This document shows positions 28,829 through 38,581 of a DNA stretch of 64,000 bases, piece after piece. A program made the translations under genes and the position numbers. A model generated the notes under the pieces. It searched no databases, was not told where the DNA came from, and saw only the letters and a list, made by a program, of their open reading frames with translations. This DNA comes from an uncultured delta proteobacterium (GTDB taxonomy: Bacteria > Myxococcota > Myxococcia > SLRQ01), in assembly GCA_963727485.1 (NCBI GenBank), contig CAVSGM010000011.1:480001-544000 (forward strand), in the 5' to 3' direction. How positions within the stretch are numbered: position 1 is the stretch's first letter; each line of letters starts with the position of its first letter.

Positions 28829-29278
28829 ATGGCCGAGCCCGCCCCGATCTCCGACGCCCGCAAGGACTGGGATCGCTACTTCATGGAGATCGCCCTGGTG
28901 GTCGCCACCCGGGCCACCTGCGACCGCAAGCACGTGGGCGCGGTGATCGTCCGGGAGCGGACCATCCTCTCCACCGGCTACAACGGCTCCATCCGCGGCA
29001 TGGCCCACTGCGACGAGGTGGGCCACATGATGGAGGACGGCCACTGCGTGCGGACCATCCACGCCGAGGCCAACTCCATCCTCCAGGCGGCGAAGAACGG
29101 CGTGAACATCGACGGGGCGACGATCTACACCACCGCCTCGCCGTGCTGGCCGTGCTTCAAGCTCATCGCCAACGCCGGGGTCCGCCGGATCGTGTACGGC
29201 GAGCTGTACCGGGACACGCGGATCTTCGAGGTGGCCAGGGAGATCGGGATCGACCTCCACGAATGCGAGGAGGGGTAG
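28829..29278 (+). CDS. dCMP deaminase family protein
   Basis: WDRYFM, VGAVIV, TGYNG, HAEAN, PCWPC. Confidence 0.92.
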   Translation: MAEPAPISDARKDWDRYFMEIALVVATRATCDRKHVGAVIVRERTILSTGYNGSIRGMAHCDEVGHMMEDGHCVRTIHAEANSILQAAKNGVNIDGATIYTTASPCWPCFKLIANAGVRRIVYGELYRDTRIFEVAREIGIDLHECEEG

Positions 29279-29284
29279 GGCTCC

Positions 29285-29968
29285 TTGCGGTGCATTCTCT
29301 TCGGTGGCACCGGCGAGGTGGGCGGCGCGGTTGCCCGGGCGCTCGTCTCCAGTGACGCCTGCTCGCAGCTGACGCTCCTCGGCCGGCGCGCCGTCCCGGA
29401 CCTGGAGGGCGAGGCGAAGGTCGTCCAGGTCGTGGTCGACACCAGCGCCGCCGACTTCGAGGACGTGGTGCGCGAGAAGGCGCAGGGTCACGACGTCGGC
29501 ATCTGCTGCCTCGGGATCGGCAGCGGCACGGCCTCCATGTCCGAGGCGCAGATGCTCGGGGTCGAGGTCGGCCTGGTGGGCAAGTTCGCCCGGGGCTGCA
29601 AGGCCGCCGGGATCGAGAGCTTCGAGCTGCTGACCGCCGTGGGGGTCACCGAGCGCAGCGCCCGCTCGCGGATCAAGTACCTGCGGGTCCTGGGGAAGAA
29701 GCTCAACACCGTCCGCGACGTCGGCTTCGAGAAGCTCGCGGTCTTCAAGCCCGGGACGATCGTGGGCAACGCGCACACCCCGGGCTGGGTCGCGCCGCTC
29801 ACGGCCCTCATCCCCGACGCCCTCGGGTTCGGGAACATCCGGCAGGACGTCCTGGCGCGGGCGTTCGTGGCGCACCTGGAGCAGGGCGCACCGGCACAGC
29901 GGGACCCGGTCGTCTCCTACGGCAACAAGGAGATGAAGGCGCTGGCGCGCGGCCAGGCGCCGCGCTGA
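29285..29968 (+). CDS. atypical SDR / TIP30-like NAD(P)-binding protein
   Basis: GGTGEVG, LLGRR, ICCLG, YLRVLG, FKPGTIVG. Confidence 0.75.
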   Translation: MRCILFGGTGEVGGAVARALVSSDACSQLTLLGRRAVPDLEGEAKVVQVVVDTSAADFEDVVREKAQGHDVGICCLGIGSGTASMSEAQMLGVEVGLVGKFARGCKAAGIESFELLTAVGVTERSARSRIKYLRVLGKKLNTVRDVGFEKLAVFKPGTIVGNAHTPGWVAPLTALIPDALGFGNIRQDVLARAFVAHLEQGAPAQRDPVVSYGNKEMKALARGQAPR

Positions 29969-30237
29969 CGCCTAGTTGTGGGATCCCACACCTGGTGGTT
30001 GCAGGCCCCGGGCAGACCGTCGGCGCAGGCCTTCCGGTAGAGCGCCGCGGCCTTCTTGAAGTCCTGCGCCACGCCCACGCCGAAGTCGTAGCAGCGGGCC
30101 AGTTCGTAGCAGCCAGGGGCATAGGCCGCGTCGCAGGCCTTCATCATGCCCGCCTTGCAGGCCGCCTGCAGGCCGAGCACCCTGAGGTCGTGCTTGCCGC
30201 AGCCCGCCAGGGTGGCGAGGGCCACCAGGGCGGTCAC
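29917..30237 (-). CDS. small Sel1-repeat lipoprotein (both ends uncertain)
   Basis: LAGC lipobox; GCYELARCYDFGVGVAQDFKKAAALYRKAC. Confidence 0.65.
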   Translation of the reverse strand: MTALVALATLAGCGKHDLRVLGLQAACKAGMMKACDAAYAPGCYELARCYDFGVGVAQDFKKAAALYRKACADGLPGACNHQVWDPTTRRQRGAWPRASAFISLLP

Positions 30238-30399
30238 CGCGGCGAGCCGCCGGCGCCGGGCAGGCTAGCGGGCCGCGTGGTCCATCCTAGGAGCATCCCT
30301 GCATGGCATGTGGCGGCGCCATCCGGGAAGCGTGCGGACCGGAGGGCTCGAGAGGGTAGAGTGCCCGCATCCCGACCCACCTCGTCTCCGGGAGACCCC

Positions 30400-30984
30400 A
30401 TGAGCGAGATCCTGCTTCGTTCCCTCATTGCCCTGCGCGAGCACCTCCACGTCCGGCTGCGCGCCGCGGTGTCCCCAGGCGACCACGCCCTCATCGACGA
30501 CGGCCTCCTCCTGTGCGAGACCGCCATCGGCGACGTGGTCGGGCGCGCGCCCGACCTGGACGCGCTCCGGGCCCGCGGGCTCCTGGGCCCGCTGGACGGC
30601 AAGCTGCCCACCCGGTTCTTTCACGGCACCCGGGCGGCGCTGAAGCCGGGGGACCTCATCGAGCCGGGGCACCCCTCGAACTTCGGTCCGCAGGATCCGG
30701 CGACCTGGGTCTACCTCACCGGCACCCTGGATGCGGCCATCTGGGGCGCGGAGCTGGCGGTGGGCGAGGGGCCCGAGCGCATCTACGTGGTGGAGCCCAC
30801 CGGGGCGCTCACGCCCGACCCCAACCTCACCAAAGGGGGCGGCAACCCCACCGAGTCCTACCGCTCCCAGGCCCCGCTGCGGGTCACCGAAGAGCACACG
30901 GGCTGGACCGGGCACCCGCCCGAGTCGGTGAAGGCCATGAAGGCCCGGATCTCCCAGGCGGGGCTGAAGCCCCTCGACGACTGA
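30400..30984 (+). CDS. arr: rifampin ADP-ribosyltransferase (Arr) homologue with N-terminal extension
   Basis: FFHGTRAAL..GDLI, SNF, VYLT, WGAELA, RIYVVEPTG, DPNLT, GNPTESYRS..PLRV. Confidence 0.85.
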   Translation: MSEILLRSLIALREHLHVRLRAAVSPGDHALIDDGLLLCETAIGDVVGRAPDLDALRARGLLGPLDGKLPTRFFHGTRAALKPGDLIEPGHPSNFGPQDPATWVYLTGTLDAAIWGAELAVGEGPERIYVVEPTGALTPDPNLTKGGGNPTESYRSQAPLRVTEEHTGWTGHPPESVKAMKARISQAGLKPLDD

Positions 30985-30996
30985 GCGGGCCCGCCC

Positions 30997-31737
30997 CTAC
31001 CGCCGCCGCATCGCCCGCCGGCCCTTGCCGCCGCGACCCCCGCCCATGGGCGAGGCGGCCATCTGCACCGGGGGCTTCTCCAGCATCAGGAGCCACCAGT
31101 CCTCGGCGTAGGGCTTCATCTTCATCTTGCGGTTGTTCTGCAGCGCCAGGAGGTTGTTCTTGATCCGCTCGTCCTCCTCCAGGTCCTTCACCTTCTGGGC
31201 CCGGACCAGGATGTCCATCGCCTCCTGCCGCTTGCCCCGCTTCCACTGGCACCAGGCAAAGGCGCTGTAGAGGATCCCCGACTTCTTGTTGTTGCGGATG
31301 GCGTCGTCGAAGGTCTTCTCCATCGCCTCGAAGTTCTTCTTCTTGTAGTGCCAGGCGGCGAGCATCGCCTTGGCCTGCCACTGCTTGTCGTAGGCGTTCT
31401 CGAGGTAGGGGATGGCCTTCTCGAACTCCTGCTTGTAGGCGTAGTAGATCATCCCGATCTGGGCATCGAGGGACGGCCCCACCAGGAACTGCCACCTGCC
31501 CAGCTTCTTCAGCTCCACCAGCCGGGCGATGGCCGGGTCGAAGCGCCGGGCCATGAGGTGCTTCTGGACCTCGGGCATGGCGGCGTCGAGCTTCTTGGAG
31601 GAGTAGCGGGCCAGCAGGTAGTAGGCGAGGGTGGTCGAGGCGACCCCGGGGAGGGCGGCGGCCACCGGGCCCACCGGCAGGGCCACGGCGATGAAGACCA
31701 CGGCGCCGATGGCGAGGCTGATGAGCAGGTTGAACAT
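30997..31737 (-). CDS. membrane-anchored TPR-like protein
   Basis: Two N-terminal TM segments followed by helical TPR-like repeats; GGAG RBS. Confidence 0.75.
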   Translation of the reverse strand: MFNLLISLAIGAVVFIAVALPVGPVAAALPGVASTTLAYYLLARYSSKKLDAAMPEVQKHLMARRFDPAIARLVELKKLGRWQFLVGPSLDAQIGMIYYAYKQEFEKAIPYLENAYDKQWQAKAMLAAWHYKKKNFEAMEKTFDDAIRNNKKSGILYSAFAWCQWKRGKRQEAMDILVRAQKVKDLEEDERIKNNLLALQNNRKMKMKPYAEDWWLLMLEKPPVQMAASPMGGGRGGKGRRAMRRR

Positions 31738-31795
31738 TTGGGAGTCCCTCTGTGCGGTCCTGTGGTAAGCGAGGCGGCGGCAACCTAGCGCATCT

Positions 31796-31878
31796 GGCCC
31801 TCTGGCGGAACGGCAGACGCGGCTGACTCAAAATCAGCTGTCCGAAAGGGCGTCCCGGTTCGAATCCGGGGAGGGCCA
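31796..31878 (+). tRNA. tRNA-Leu(CAA)
   Basis: Acceptor stem GGCCCTC/GAGGGCC, anticodon arm GCTGA-CTCAAAA-TCAGC, long variable arm, GGTTCGAATCC T-arm; CCA not encoded. Confidence 0.95.
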
Positions 31879-31940
31879 CTCCTTACCACCCCGGGTCCCA
31901 CTCCCGGGCCCCGGGCCGGCGTGGTAGCGTCTACGGCATC

Positions 31941-33020
31941 ATGGGGAGGGGAGCCATCGGTCTCGCCTTGGCGGCGATGCTCGTGGGTGGGTGCCAGCGT
32001 CCGACGGCGCACCAGGACACCTACCGGCCCTACGTGCGTCCGGTCCACGCCGATCCGGCCCAGGAGGTCGCGGCGCCCCAGGACCGGGTGACCCTCCTCA
32101 AGCCCGACCTCGGCCCGGCGGCGGTCCGGGGTCCCACCCAGATCGACGCCTTCCTCCAGTCCGACGCCCGGGTCGACATCCTCTGGATCATCGACGACTC
32201 GGGCTCGATGGTGAACAAGCGGGCGCGGCTGGCCAAGGCCTTCGACCAGTTCATCACCACCCTGGTGGGCGAGCAGGTCGACTACCACATCGGCGTCACC
32301 ACCACCGACATGGACAAGGTGGGCCCGGGGTTCGACGGCCAGCTCATGGCCAACCCCGCCGTGATCACCAAGGACACCCCCGACCCGGTGGCCGCCTTCA
32401 CCAGCGAGGTGAGCATGCCCGCCAACCGGGTCCAGAACGAGGAGGGCCTCGCCGCCGGCCTCGCCGCGGTCACCGACCCCAACGCCTCCGGGCCCAACAA
32501 GGGGTTCCTGCGCCCCGGCGCCGACCTCGCCATGATCGTCGTCTCCGACGAGGACGACCACTCCTTTGGCGACCCCGCCTACTACGAGCGCGTCTTCCGC
32601 GAGCTCCACGGCCCGGGCAACGAGGACACCATCTCCTTCTCCGCGGTCATCGGCGACGTCCCCAAGGGCTGCACCGCCCCCGGCGACCAGAACCTCCTCT
32701 ACGGCGAGGCCCAGCCGGGCACCCGCTACCAGGCCGTCGCCAAGGCCACCCACGGCATCGTCGCCAGCGTCTGCAGCGCCGACTTCAACACCACCCTCCA
32801 GAAGCTCGGCCTCTCGTTCTCCGGGCTCCGGCGCATCTTCCCCCTCTCGGCGGACCCGGCCCCCGGGAGCCTCCAGGTCCAGGTCGACGGCGTCGCCGTG
32901 CCCCAGAACGCGAAGACCGGCTGGACCTTTGACGCGGGCACCCGCTCGGTGCAGTTCCTCGGCAGCTACGTGCCCCCGCCGGGGTCCACCGTGCGCATCC
33001 GCTACGAGCTGAAGGTCTGA
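31941..33020 (+). CDS. vWA-domain lipoprotein
   Basis: LVGGC lipobox; DILWIIDDSGSM MIDAS motif; IVVSDEDD. Confidence 0.85.
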   Translation: MGRGAIGLALAAMLVGGCQRPTAHQDTYRPYVRPVHADPAQEVAAPQDRVTLLKPDLGPAAVRGPTQIDAFLQSDARVDILWIIDDSGSMVNKRARLAKAFDQFITTLVGEQVDYHIGVTTTDMDKVGPGFDGQLMANPAVITKDTPDPVAAFTSEVSMPANRVQNEEGLAAGLAAVTDPNASGPNKGFLRPGADLAMIVVSDEDDHSFGDPAYYERVFRELHGPGNEDTISFSAVIGDVPKGCTAPGDQNLLYGEAQPGTRYQAVAKATHGIVASVCSADFNTTLQKLGLSFSGLRRIFPLSADPAPGSLQVQVDGVAVPQNAKTGWTFDAGTRSVQFLGSYVPPPGSTVRIRYELKV

Positions 33021-34501
33021 TGGGCGCGCGACGGCACCTGGCCCCCGGGGCCCTCGCCCTGGCGGCGCTGGCGGCCCTGGCGCTGACCGGCTGCAGCCGC
33101 AGCGCCTTCGTCCTCGAGTGCCCTCCCGGGTACAAGTATGGCCCCGATCCGGCCTGGGACGCCGGGACCGCGGCCGACGCCGACGGAGGCGTCGACGGCG
33201 GGGTGGCGGACGGCGGGGTGGCCGACGCGGGGACCGGCGGCTCGGCTCTGGCCCCCATGACCTGCGTGTGCGCCGACGACTCCGCCTGCCCCGACGGCTA
33301 CTCCTGCCACGCCGGGGCCTGTGAGTGCACCTCCGACTCCTGCTGCCCGGTGGGCTTCAACATCGACCCGGCGAACCCCGGCCACTGCGTGTGCCAGGGC
33401 CAGGACTGCTGCGCCCCGGGCGAGGCCTTCGAGCCGGGGACCGACGGGGGCCTCGGCGACTGCGTGTGCGCCTCGGCGGACTGCTGCCCCGCGGGCTTCA
33501 AGTTCGACGACACCACCAAGCGCTGCGTGTGCGCCGGCGACGCCTGCTGCCCCAAGGGCACCGTCTGGGACGACGCCCACCAGGGCTGCGCCTGCCAGTC
33601 CGACGCCTGCTGCCCGGCGGGCTACGCCTGGGACGACGTCCAGCAGGCCTGCGCCTGTGCCAACGACAGCTGCTGCCCCAAAGGCGACGTCTACTCCGCC
33701 CAGGTCCGCGCCTGCGTGTGCACCGGGGTCGGCTGCTGCCCCGCGGGCTTCACCAAGCGCCCCGACGGCACCTGCGCCTGCGGCGGCGACGCCACCTGCC
33801 CGGCGGGGCTGACCTGCGACACCGCCACCGGCCGCTGTGTGTGTGGCAGCGACGCCGACTGCGGCAAGGGCCGCTTCTGCAACACCTTCGGCTTCTGCCA
33901 GGCCGTCGCCTCGTGCCTCTCCAACCGGGACTGCCCCACCGGCCTCATCTGCGACAGCGTCGAGGACCTCTGCGTCCCCGCCGGGGCCTGCCTGCGCACC
34001 GAGCAGTGCCCCGTGGGCCAGGTCTGCGAGGCCGGCAGCTGCGTGGCCGGCTGCGACACCACCGCCGGCTGCCCCCTGCGCATGAGCTGCCAGCAGGGCC
34101 AGTGCGCAAACCAGTGCGAGGACAACACCTTCTGCCCCTACCTCGACGTCTGCCAGAACGGCAGCTGCGTCGCCAGCCAGGGCGAGTACTGCCACGACTG
34201 CCTCAACTGCCTCCAGCCCGGGGACCAGTGCCTCGCCCCCATCAGCGAGGGCCAGCAGAACTTCTGCGGCGTCCCCTGCCAGACCAACGCCGACTGCCCC
34301 TCGGGCCTCGACTGCGAGGACACCGTCCACGAGTGCCCCATCCAGCAGGACGGCGCCAGCTGCGGGGAGCAGGGGACCGTGTGCCGGGAGTACAACGCGG
34401 TCAACGAGCCGTTGCCCCTGTGGCTGTGTACCAAGCCCGGCGAGACCAAGCCCTACGTCTTCGACCGGTTCTGCTCGCCGGTGGTCGGCTACTGCCAGTA
34501 G
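33020..34501 (+). CDS. Cys-rich repeat lipoprotein
   Basis: LTGC lipobox; about 10 CxC-x4-(C/x)CPxG units followed by further EGF-like Cys modules. Confidence 0.85.
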   Translation: MGARRHLAPGALALAALAALALTGCSRSAFVLECPPGYKYGPDPAWDAGTAADADGGVDGGVADGGVADAGTGGSALAPMTCVCADDSACPDGYSCHAGACECTSDSCCPVGFNIDPANPGHCVCQGQDCCAPGEAFEPGTDGGLGDCVCASADCCPAGFKFDDTTKRCVCAGDACCPKGTVWDDAHQGCACQSDACCPAGYAWDDVQQACACANDSCCPKGDVYSAQVRACVCTGVGCCPAGFTKRPDGTCACGGDATCPAGLTCDTATGRCVCGSDADCGKGRFCNTFGFCQAVASCLSNRDCPTGLICDSVEDLCVPAGACLRTEQCPVGQVCEAGSCVAGCDTTAGCPLRMSCQQGQCANQCEDNTFCPYLDVCQNGSCVASQGEYCHDCLNCLQPGDQCLAPISEGQQNFCGVPCQTNADCPSGLDCEDTVHECPIQQDGASCGEQGTVCREYNAVNEPLPLWLCTKPGETKPYVFDRFCSPVVGYCQ

Positions 34502-34523
34502 CCCGGTGGCCAGGCGACAGGCC

Positions 34524-35910
34524 TCACGCCGGGTCGAGGCGCATCCACAGGCCGTTCGCCGTCCGGAGCGTCACCAGGGGCCGGGGCAGAACCGGCGGCC
34601 GCCCCTCCACCGGGGTCATCCGCACCCGCTGGAGCACCGTCGCCAGCACCAGGCGCGCCTCCAGGTTGGCGAAGCCGTCGCCGATGCACTGGCGCTGCCC
34701 CCCGATGAACGGCAGGTAGGCGAAGCGCGGGCGCCCGGCCACGGCCTCCGGGAGGAAGCGGTCCGGGTCGAAGCGATCCGGGTCGGGCCACAGGTCCGGG
34801 CGCCGGTGGATCTGGTGGATGGGCAGCATCACCAGGTCGCCGGGGTGCACCGCGTGGCCGTCGACGGTGTCGGCCTCCACCGGGGTCCGGCTCACCGTCC
34901 ACACCGGGGGGTAGAGGCGCATGGACTCCTGCACCACCCGCCCCAGGAGGTCGAGCTTCGGCACGTCGTCGGTGGTCGGCGGCCGTCCGCCGAGGACCTC
35001 GTCGAGCTCCCGGCGCAGAGCGGCCTCGGTCTCCGGGTGCTCGGAGAGGAGGTGGAAGGTCCAGGTCAGCGCCATGGCCGTGGTCTCGTGGCCGGCGAGG
35101 AAGAGGGTCATCACCTCGTCCCGGAGCTGCCGGTCGGTCATGGTGGCGCCGGTCTCCTCGTCCTGGGCGCCCATGAGCAGGTCGAGGAGGTCGCCTGGGC
35201 CCGGGCCGGTGCGCCGACGTTCGGCGATGATCCCGAGCACCACCCGGTCGAGAGTGGCCACCGCCCGGTGGAAGCCGCGGTTGCGCCGGGTGGGCACCCA
35301 GGGCGGCGGCGCCAGCGGGGTCTGGATGAGGTGCATCAGGTACTCGAGGCCCTCGGTGAGGGCCCCGCCGACCTCGTCGGCGTTCTGGCTGGGGTCCGCG
35401 GTGAGGAGCGCCTCGCCGACCACCCGGAGGGTCACCCGCATCATCTCGTGGCTGACGTCGAGGCCCTTCGGGTCGCCGAAGCCTGCCTCCCACCGGTCGA
35501 CCATCCCGGTGGCGGCCCGGGCCATGACCTCGCCGAAGCCGGCGACGTGCTTCTTGTGGAAGGCCGGCTGGGCCAGCCGTCGCTGTCGGAGCCAGAAGTC
35601 TCCGTCGCTGGTGAGCAGGCCATTGCCCAGCACCAGGCGCAGCCCCGCGTAGGCGGGGGTCTGCTTCACGTAGTTGCGCACGTGGGTCACGAGGAGGTGC
35701 CGCGCCATCTCCGGGTGCGAGAGGACGATGGCCTGCTTGGGCCCGAGGCGCAGGCGCACCGCGTCGCCGAGGGCGACCACCCGAATCGAGGAGGCCCAGG
35801 GGGTCGGTCCGGATCTCCGGGAGGGCGCCGAGGAGGTGGCCCGTCCGGTAGACCGGGGTCTCGACCGGGGTCGCGTCGGGCTCGGGGGGTCGGGCGGTGG
35901 CAGGGGTCAT
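34524..35910 (-). CDS. cytochrome P450, +1 frameshift at about 35785
   Basis: AGHETT, ESMR, FDPDRF, FIGGQRQCIG heme motif. Confidence 0.93.
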
Positions 35911-35929
35911 CGCGGCTCCTTCCCCCAGG

Positions 35930-36865
35930 TCAGGGGATGGGGATGCCCACCGTGATCTCCAACGGCGCGTCCCCGGGGAGGGCGGGCTGGGGCGGCGGGC
36001 CCGGGGGCGGGAGCTTCGCCGCGAGGCGGTCGAGCTCGTTGAGGATGGCGTCCCGGTCGAAGCGCTCGGCGCCGACCACCGCCCCGTAGATGGTGCCGAA
36101 GTACCAGACCGACTCCAGGACCGCGAGGAGGCTGAACAGGCCCCACTGCTGCCCCCGGAAGGTCTCCACCAGGCCCCAGGCGAAGGCGCCGTTCCAAAGG
36201 AAGGCGCTGGCCGCGACCCCCCACATCCCCAGGTAGGCGTGGCCGAGGCCCGGGACGATGGAGAGCACCCCGGCGAGGACCGGGCTCCGGTAGGGGAGGT
36301 CGAGGTGGGTGCCCAGCGCCACGTGCATCGCCCGGCCGCGGGGGGTGTCGAGGGAGGCGAAGGTCTTCCGGGCGGCGGCGAAGTCCCAGGCCTCCAGGTG
36401 GCTCCAGCCGGTGACCCACCGGGCGTAGGGCGACGGGTCGCCCTGGAGGAGGTCCACCGCGTCGGCGTAGCGCTTGAGGCCGTAGAGGGCCCGGCCGTCG
36501 AGGAGGCGCGCCGCGTGGAGCACCAGCCGCCTCCCCGTGGCCACCGCGACCGCGGCCCGGTGGGCGGCGGCGAGCTGGTTGCCGGTGAAGTAGGCCAGGG
36601 CGATGCGGTAGCGGACCAGGTCCCCGTCGGCGGCGTCCGGGGTGAGGAAGAGGTAGCGCTCGTAGGCGCCGATGGCCCGGTAGGCGTCGCCCCGGGTGAG
36701 GAGCCAGTCGCCGAAGCGCCGGTCGGTGGCCGGGGCGGCGACGGCGGGGACCGGGGACGGCTCGGCGGCCGGGGCGGGGACGGGCTGCGGGGCGGGGGCC
36801 CCGTCCCCGGCCCACGCCGCGGTGGGCAGGAGCAGCGCCGCCACGATCGCCGCCGCCCGCCTCAC
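35930..36865 (-). CDS. exported TPR-like protein with C-terminal hydrophobic segments
   Basis: Signal peptide (AAWA), GDAYRAIGAYERYLF, SPVLAGVLSIVPGLGHAYLG; GTG overlaps the upstream stop. Confidence 0.7.
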   Translation of the reverse strand: MRRAAAIVAALLLPTAAWAGDGAPAPQPVPAPAAEPSPVPAVAAPATDRRFGDWLLTRGDAYRAIGAYERYLFLTPDAADGDLVRYRIALAYFTGNQLAAAHRAAVAVATGRRLVLHAARLLDGRALYGLKRYADAVDLLQGDPSPYARWVTGWSHLEAWDFAAARKTFASLDTPRGRAMHVALGTHLDLPYRSPVLAGVLSIVPGLGHAYLGMWGVAASAFLWNGAFAWGLVETFRGQQWGLFSLLAVLESVWYFGTIYGAVVGAERFDRDAILNELDRLAAKLPPPGPPPQPALPGDAPLEITVGIPIP

Positions 36866-37278
36866 TCCCCGTGCTCCTGGGGCAGGGGGTGGGGCAGGAC
36901 CACGGCGTCCACCGGGTCGTCGAAGCGCAGCTTCCCGTCGACCACGATCATCGGCAGGGTCCGCAGGAGGCTCGACCGCCCATCGTTGAGGAGCCGGTCG
37001 ATGGTCCGCATCAGCCCCAGGACCACCCCGTCGCGCTCCACCGACTCGATGGCGTAGAGGGAGCACGTGGGGTAGTGGCTGCACCGGGGCCCGTCGATGG
37101 GGCTGATGACGTAGTGGTAGAACTCGAAGGCCGTCCAGAAGAACTGGGCCGGGGGCAGGCGGTGGCCGGCGGCGGGCTTCGCCTCGGGGCGCGCGTCGCG
37201 GGTGACCGGCGCCTCGGGGGTGCCAAAGGGCCCGAAGCCGGCGCAGAGGAGCGACAGGCCGAGGACGGCCGCCTTCAT
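36862..37278 (-). CDS. YidD-like protein with signal-peptide-like N-terminus
   Basis: FYHYVISPIDGPRCSHYPTCSLYAIES...GLMRTIDRLL. Confidence 0.8.
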   Translation of the reverse strand: MKAAVLGLSLLCAGFGPFGTPEAPVTRDARPEAKPAAGHRLPPAQFFWTAFEFYHYVISPIDGPRCSHYPTCSLYAIESVERDGVVLGLMRTIDRLLNDGRSSLLRTLPMIVVDGKLRFDDPVDAVVLPHPLPQEHGE

Positions 37279-38534
37279 CCTTCGCCTCCGTCGTCGTCGA
37301 CCTTCGGCGGCGCGTCGGGCCGGTAGAAGCGCCGGCCGGCGAGGGCGTCGGGGAGGTGCTGCTGCGCCGGCTTCTTCCCCGCGTAGTCGTGGGCGTACTT
37401 GTAGCCGTCGCCGTAGCCGAGCTGCTTCATCAGCCCGGTGGGGGCGTTGCGCAGGTGCAGGGGCACCTCGAGGGGCCCGGTCTGCTGCACCGCCGCCCGG
37501 GCCTCGTTCAGGGCCACGTAGCTGGCGTTCGACTTGGGCGCGGTGGCGAGATACGTGCACGCCTGGGCCATGGGGATGGCGCCCTCGGGCAGGCCGACCC
37601 ACTCGAAGGCCTGGGCCGCGGCCATGGCGACCTGGAGCGCCTGGGGGTCGGCGTTGCCGATGTCCTCGGAGGCGAGGATGATCATCCGCCGGAGGATGAA
37701 CCGGGGCGGCTCGCCGGCCTCGAGGAGCCGCGACATCCAGTAGATGGCGCCGTCGGGATCGGACCCGCGCAGGCTCTTGATGAACGCCGAGACCACGTCG
37801 TAGTGCTGGTCGCCGGACTTGTCGTGGCGGATGCCCGCGTGCTGGAAGGCGGCCTCGACCTCGGCGAGGGTGACGTGGTCGGTGACCCCCGCGGCCATCT
37901 CCAGGGCCGAGAGCCCGCGCCGGGCGTCCCCCTGGGCCAGCTCGGCGAGGGCCTCCCGGGCGTCGGGGTCGAGGGTCACCTTCAGCTCGGTGGCGCCCCG
38001 GTCGAGGACCTGGCCCACGGCGGCGGGCCCGAGCTGCTTGAGGACGAAGACCCGGCACCGGGAGAGCAGGGCGGCGTTCACCTCGAAGCTGGGGTTCTCG
38101 GTGGTGGCGCCGATGAGCGTCACCGTGCCCTTCTCCGCGTGGGGCAGGAGGGCGTCCTGCTGGGCCTTGTTGAACCGGTGGATCTCGTCGATGAAGAGGA
38201 TGGTGCGCCGGCGCTGCTGGGTGAGGCGCTGCCGGGCGGCGTCGAGGAGGGCCCGCAGGTCCTTGACCCCGCCGAGGACCGCGGAGAACGGCTCGAAGAC
38301 CCGGTCGGTGTGCCGGGCCAGGAGGCGGGCGAGGGTGGTCTTGCCGGTCCCCGGGGGGCCCCAGAGGATCATCGAGGGGACCCGGTCGGCCTCGATGAGC
38401 CGGCGCAGCACCGTGCCCTCGCCGACGAGGTGATCCTGGCCCACCACGTCCTCGAGGCGCCGGGGCCGCAGCCGCTCGGCGAGGGGGGCGCCGAGCTGGT
38501 CCCGCTCGGCCGCGTGCTCGAAGAGGTCCGCCAC
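37275..38534 (-). CDS. rarA: replication-associated recombination protein A (RarA/MgsA)
   Basis: PLAERLRP, GPPGTGKTT, DEIHRFNKAQQDALLP, SAFIKSLRGSDPD, ASEDIGNADP. Confidence 0.95.
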   Translation of the reverse strand: MADLFEHAAERDQLGAPLAERLRPRRLEDVVGQDHLVGEGTVLRRLIEADRVPSMILWGPPGTGKTTLARLLARHTDRVFEPFSAVLGGVKDLRALLDAARQRLTQQRRRTILFIDEIHRFNKAQQDALLPHAEKGTVTLIGATTENPSFEVNAALLSRCRVFVLKQLGPAAVGQVLDRGATELKVTLDPDAREALAELAQGDARRGLSALEMAAGVTDHVTLAEVEAAFQHAGIRHDKSGDQHYDVVSAFIKSLRGSDPDGAIYWMSRLLEAGEPPRFILRRMIILASEDIGNADPQALQVAMAAAQAFEWVGLPEGAIPMAQACTYLATAPKSNASYVALNEARAAVQQTGPLEVPLHLRNAPTGLMKQLGYGDGYKYAHDYAGKKPAQQHLPDALAGRRFYRPDAPPKVDDDGGEG

Positions 38535-38581
38535 GGACGAGACCCTATCCCGGCTTCGGCCCGACTGCTACGCTGCGCGCC

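Noticed and set aside
25477..28863. Very long antisense or alternate-frame ORFs (also 43139..46018, 56507..59455, 14900..17746)
   Set aside because: Shadow ORFs expected at this GC content; they overlap genes with clear motifs and have none of their own.
28829..29278. Deaminase as antiphage dCTP deaminase
   Set aside because: Small single-domain dCMP-deaminase type, without the kinase-like domain of defence enzymes.
30237..30285. In-frame TAG between an upstream ATG and the Sel1 lipoprotein (MDHAAR*PARRRR...), possible amber readthrough
   Set aside because: Single case, no good RBS, no pyl genes seen, and TAG is a normal stop elsewhere in the window; error, decay or a GTG start are simpler.
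31796..34501. Genomic island integrated at tRNA-Leu
   Set aside because: No integrase, no duplicated tRNA 3' end seen, and flanking genes have host-like codon usage.
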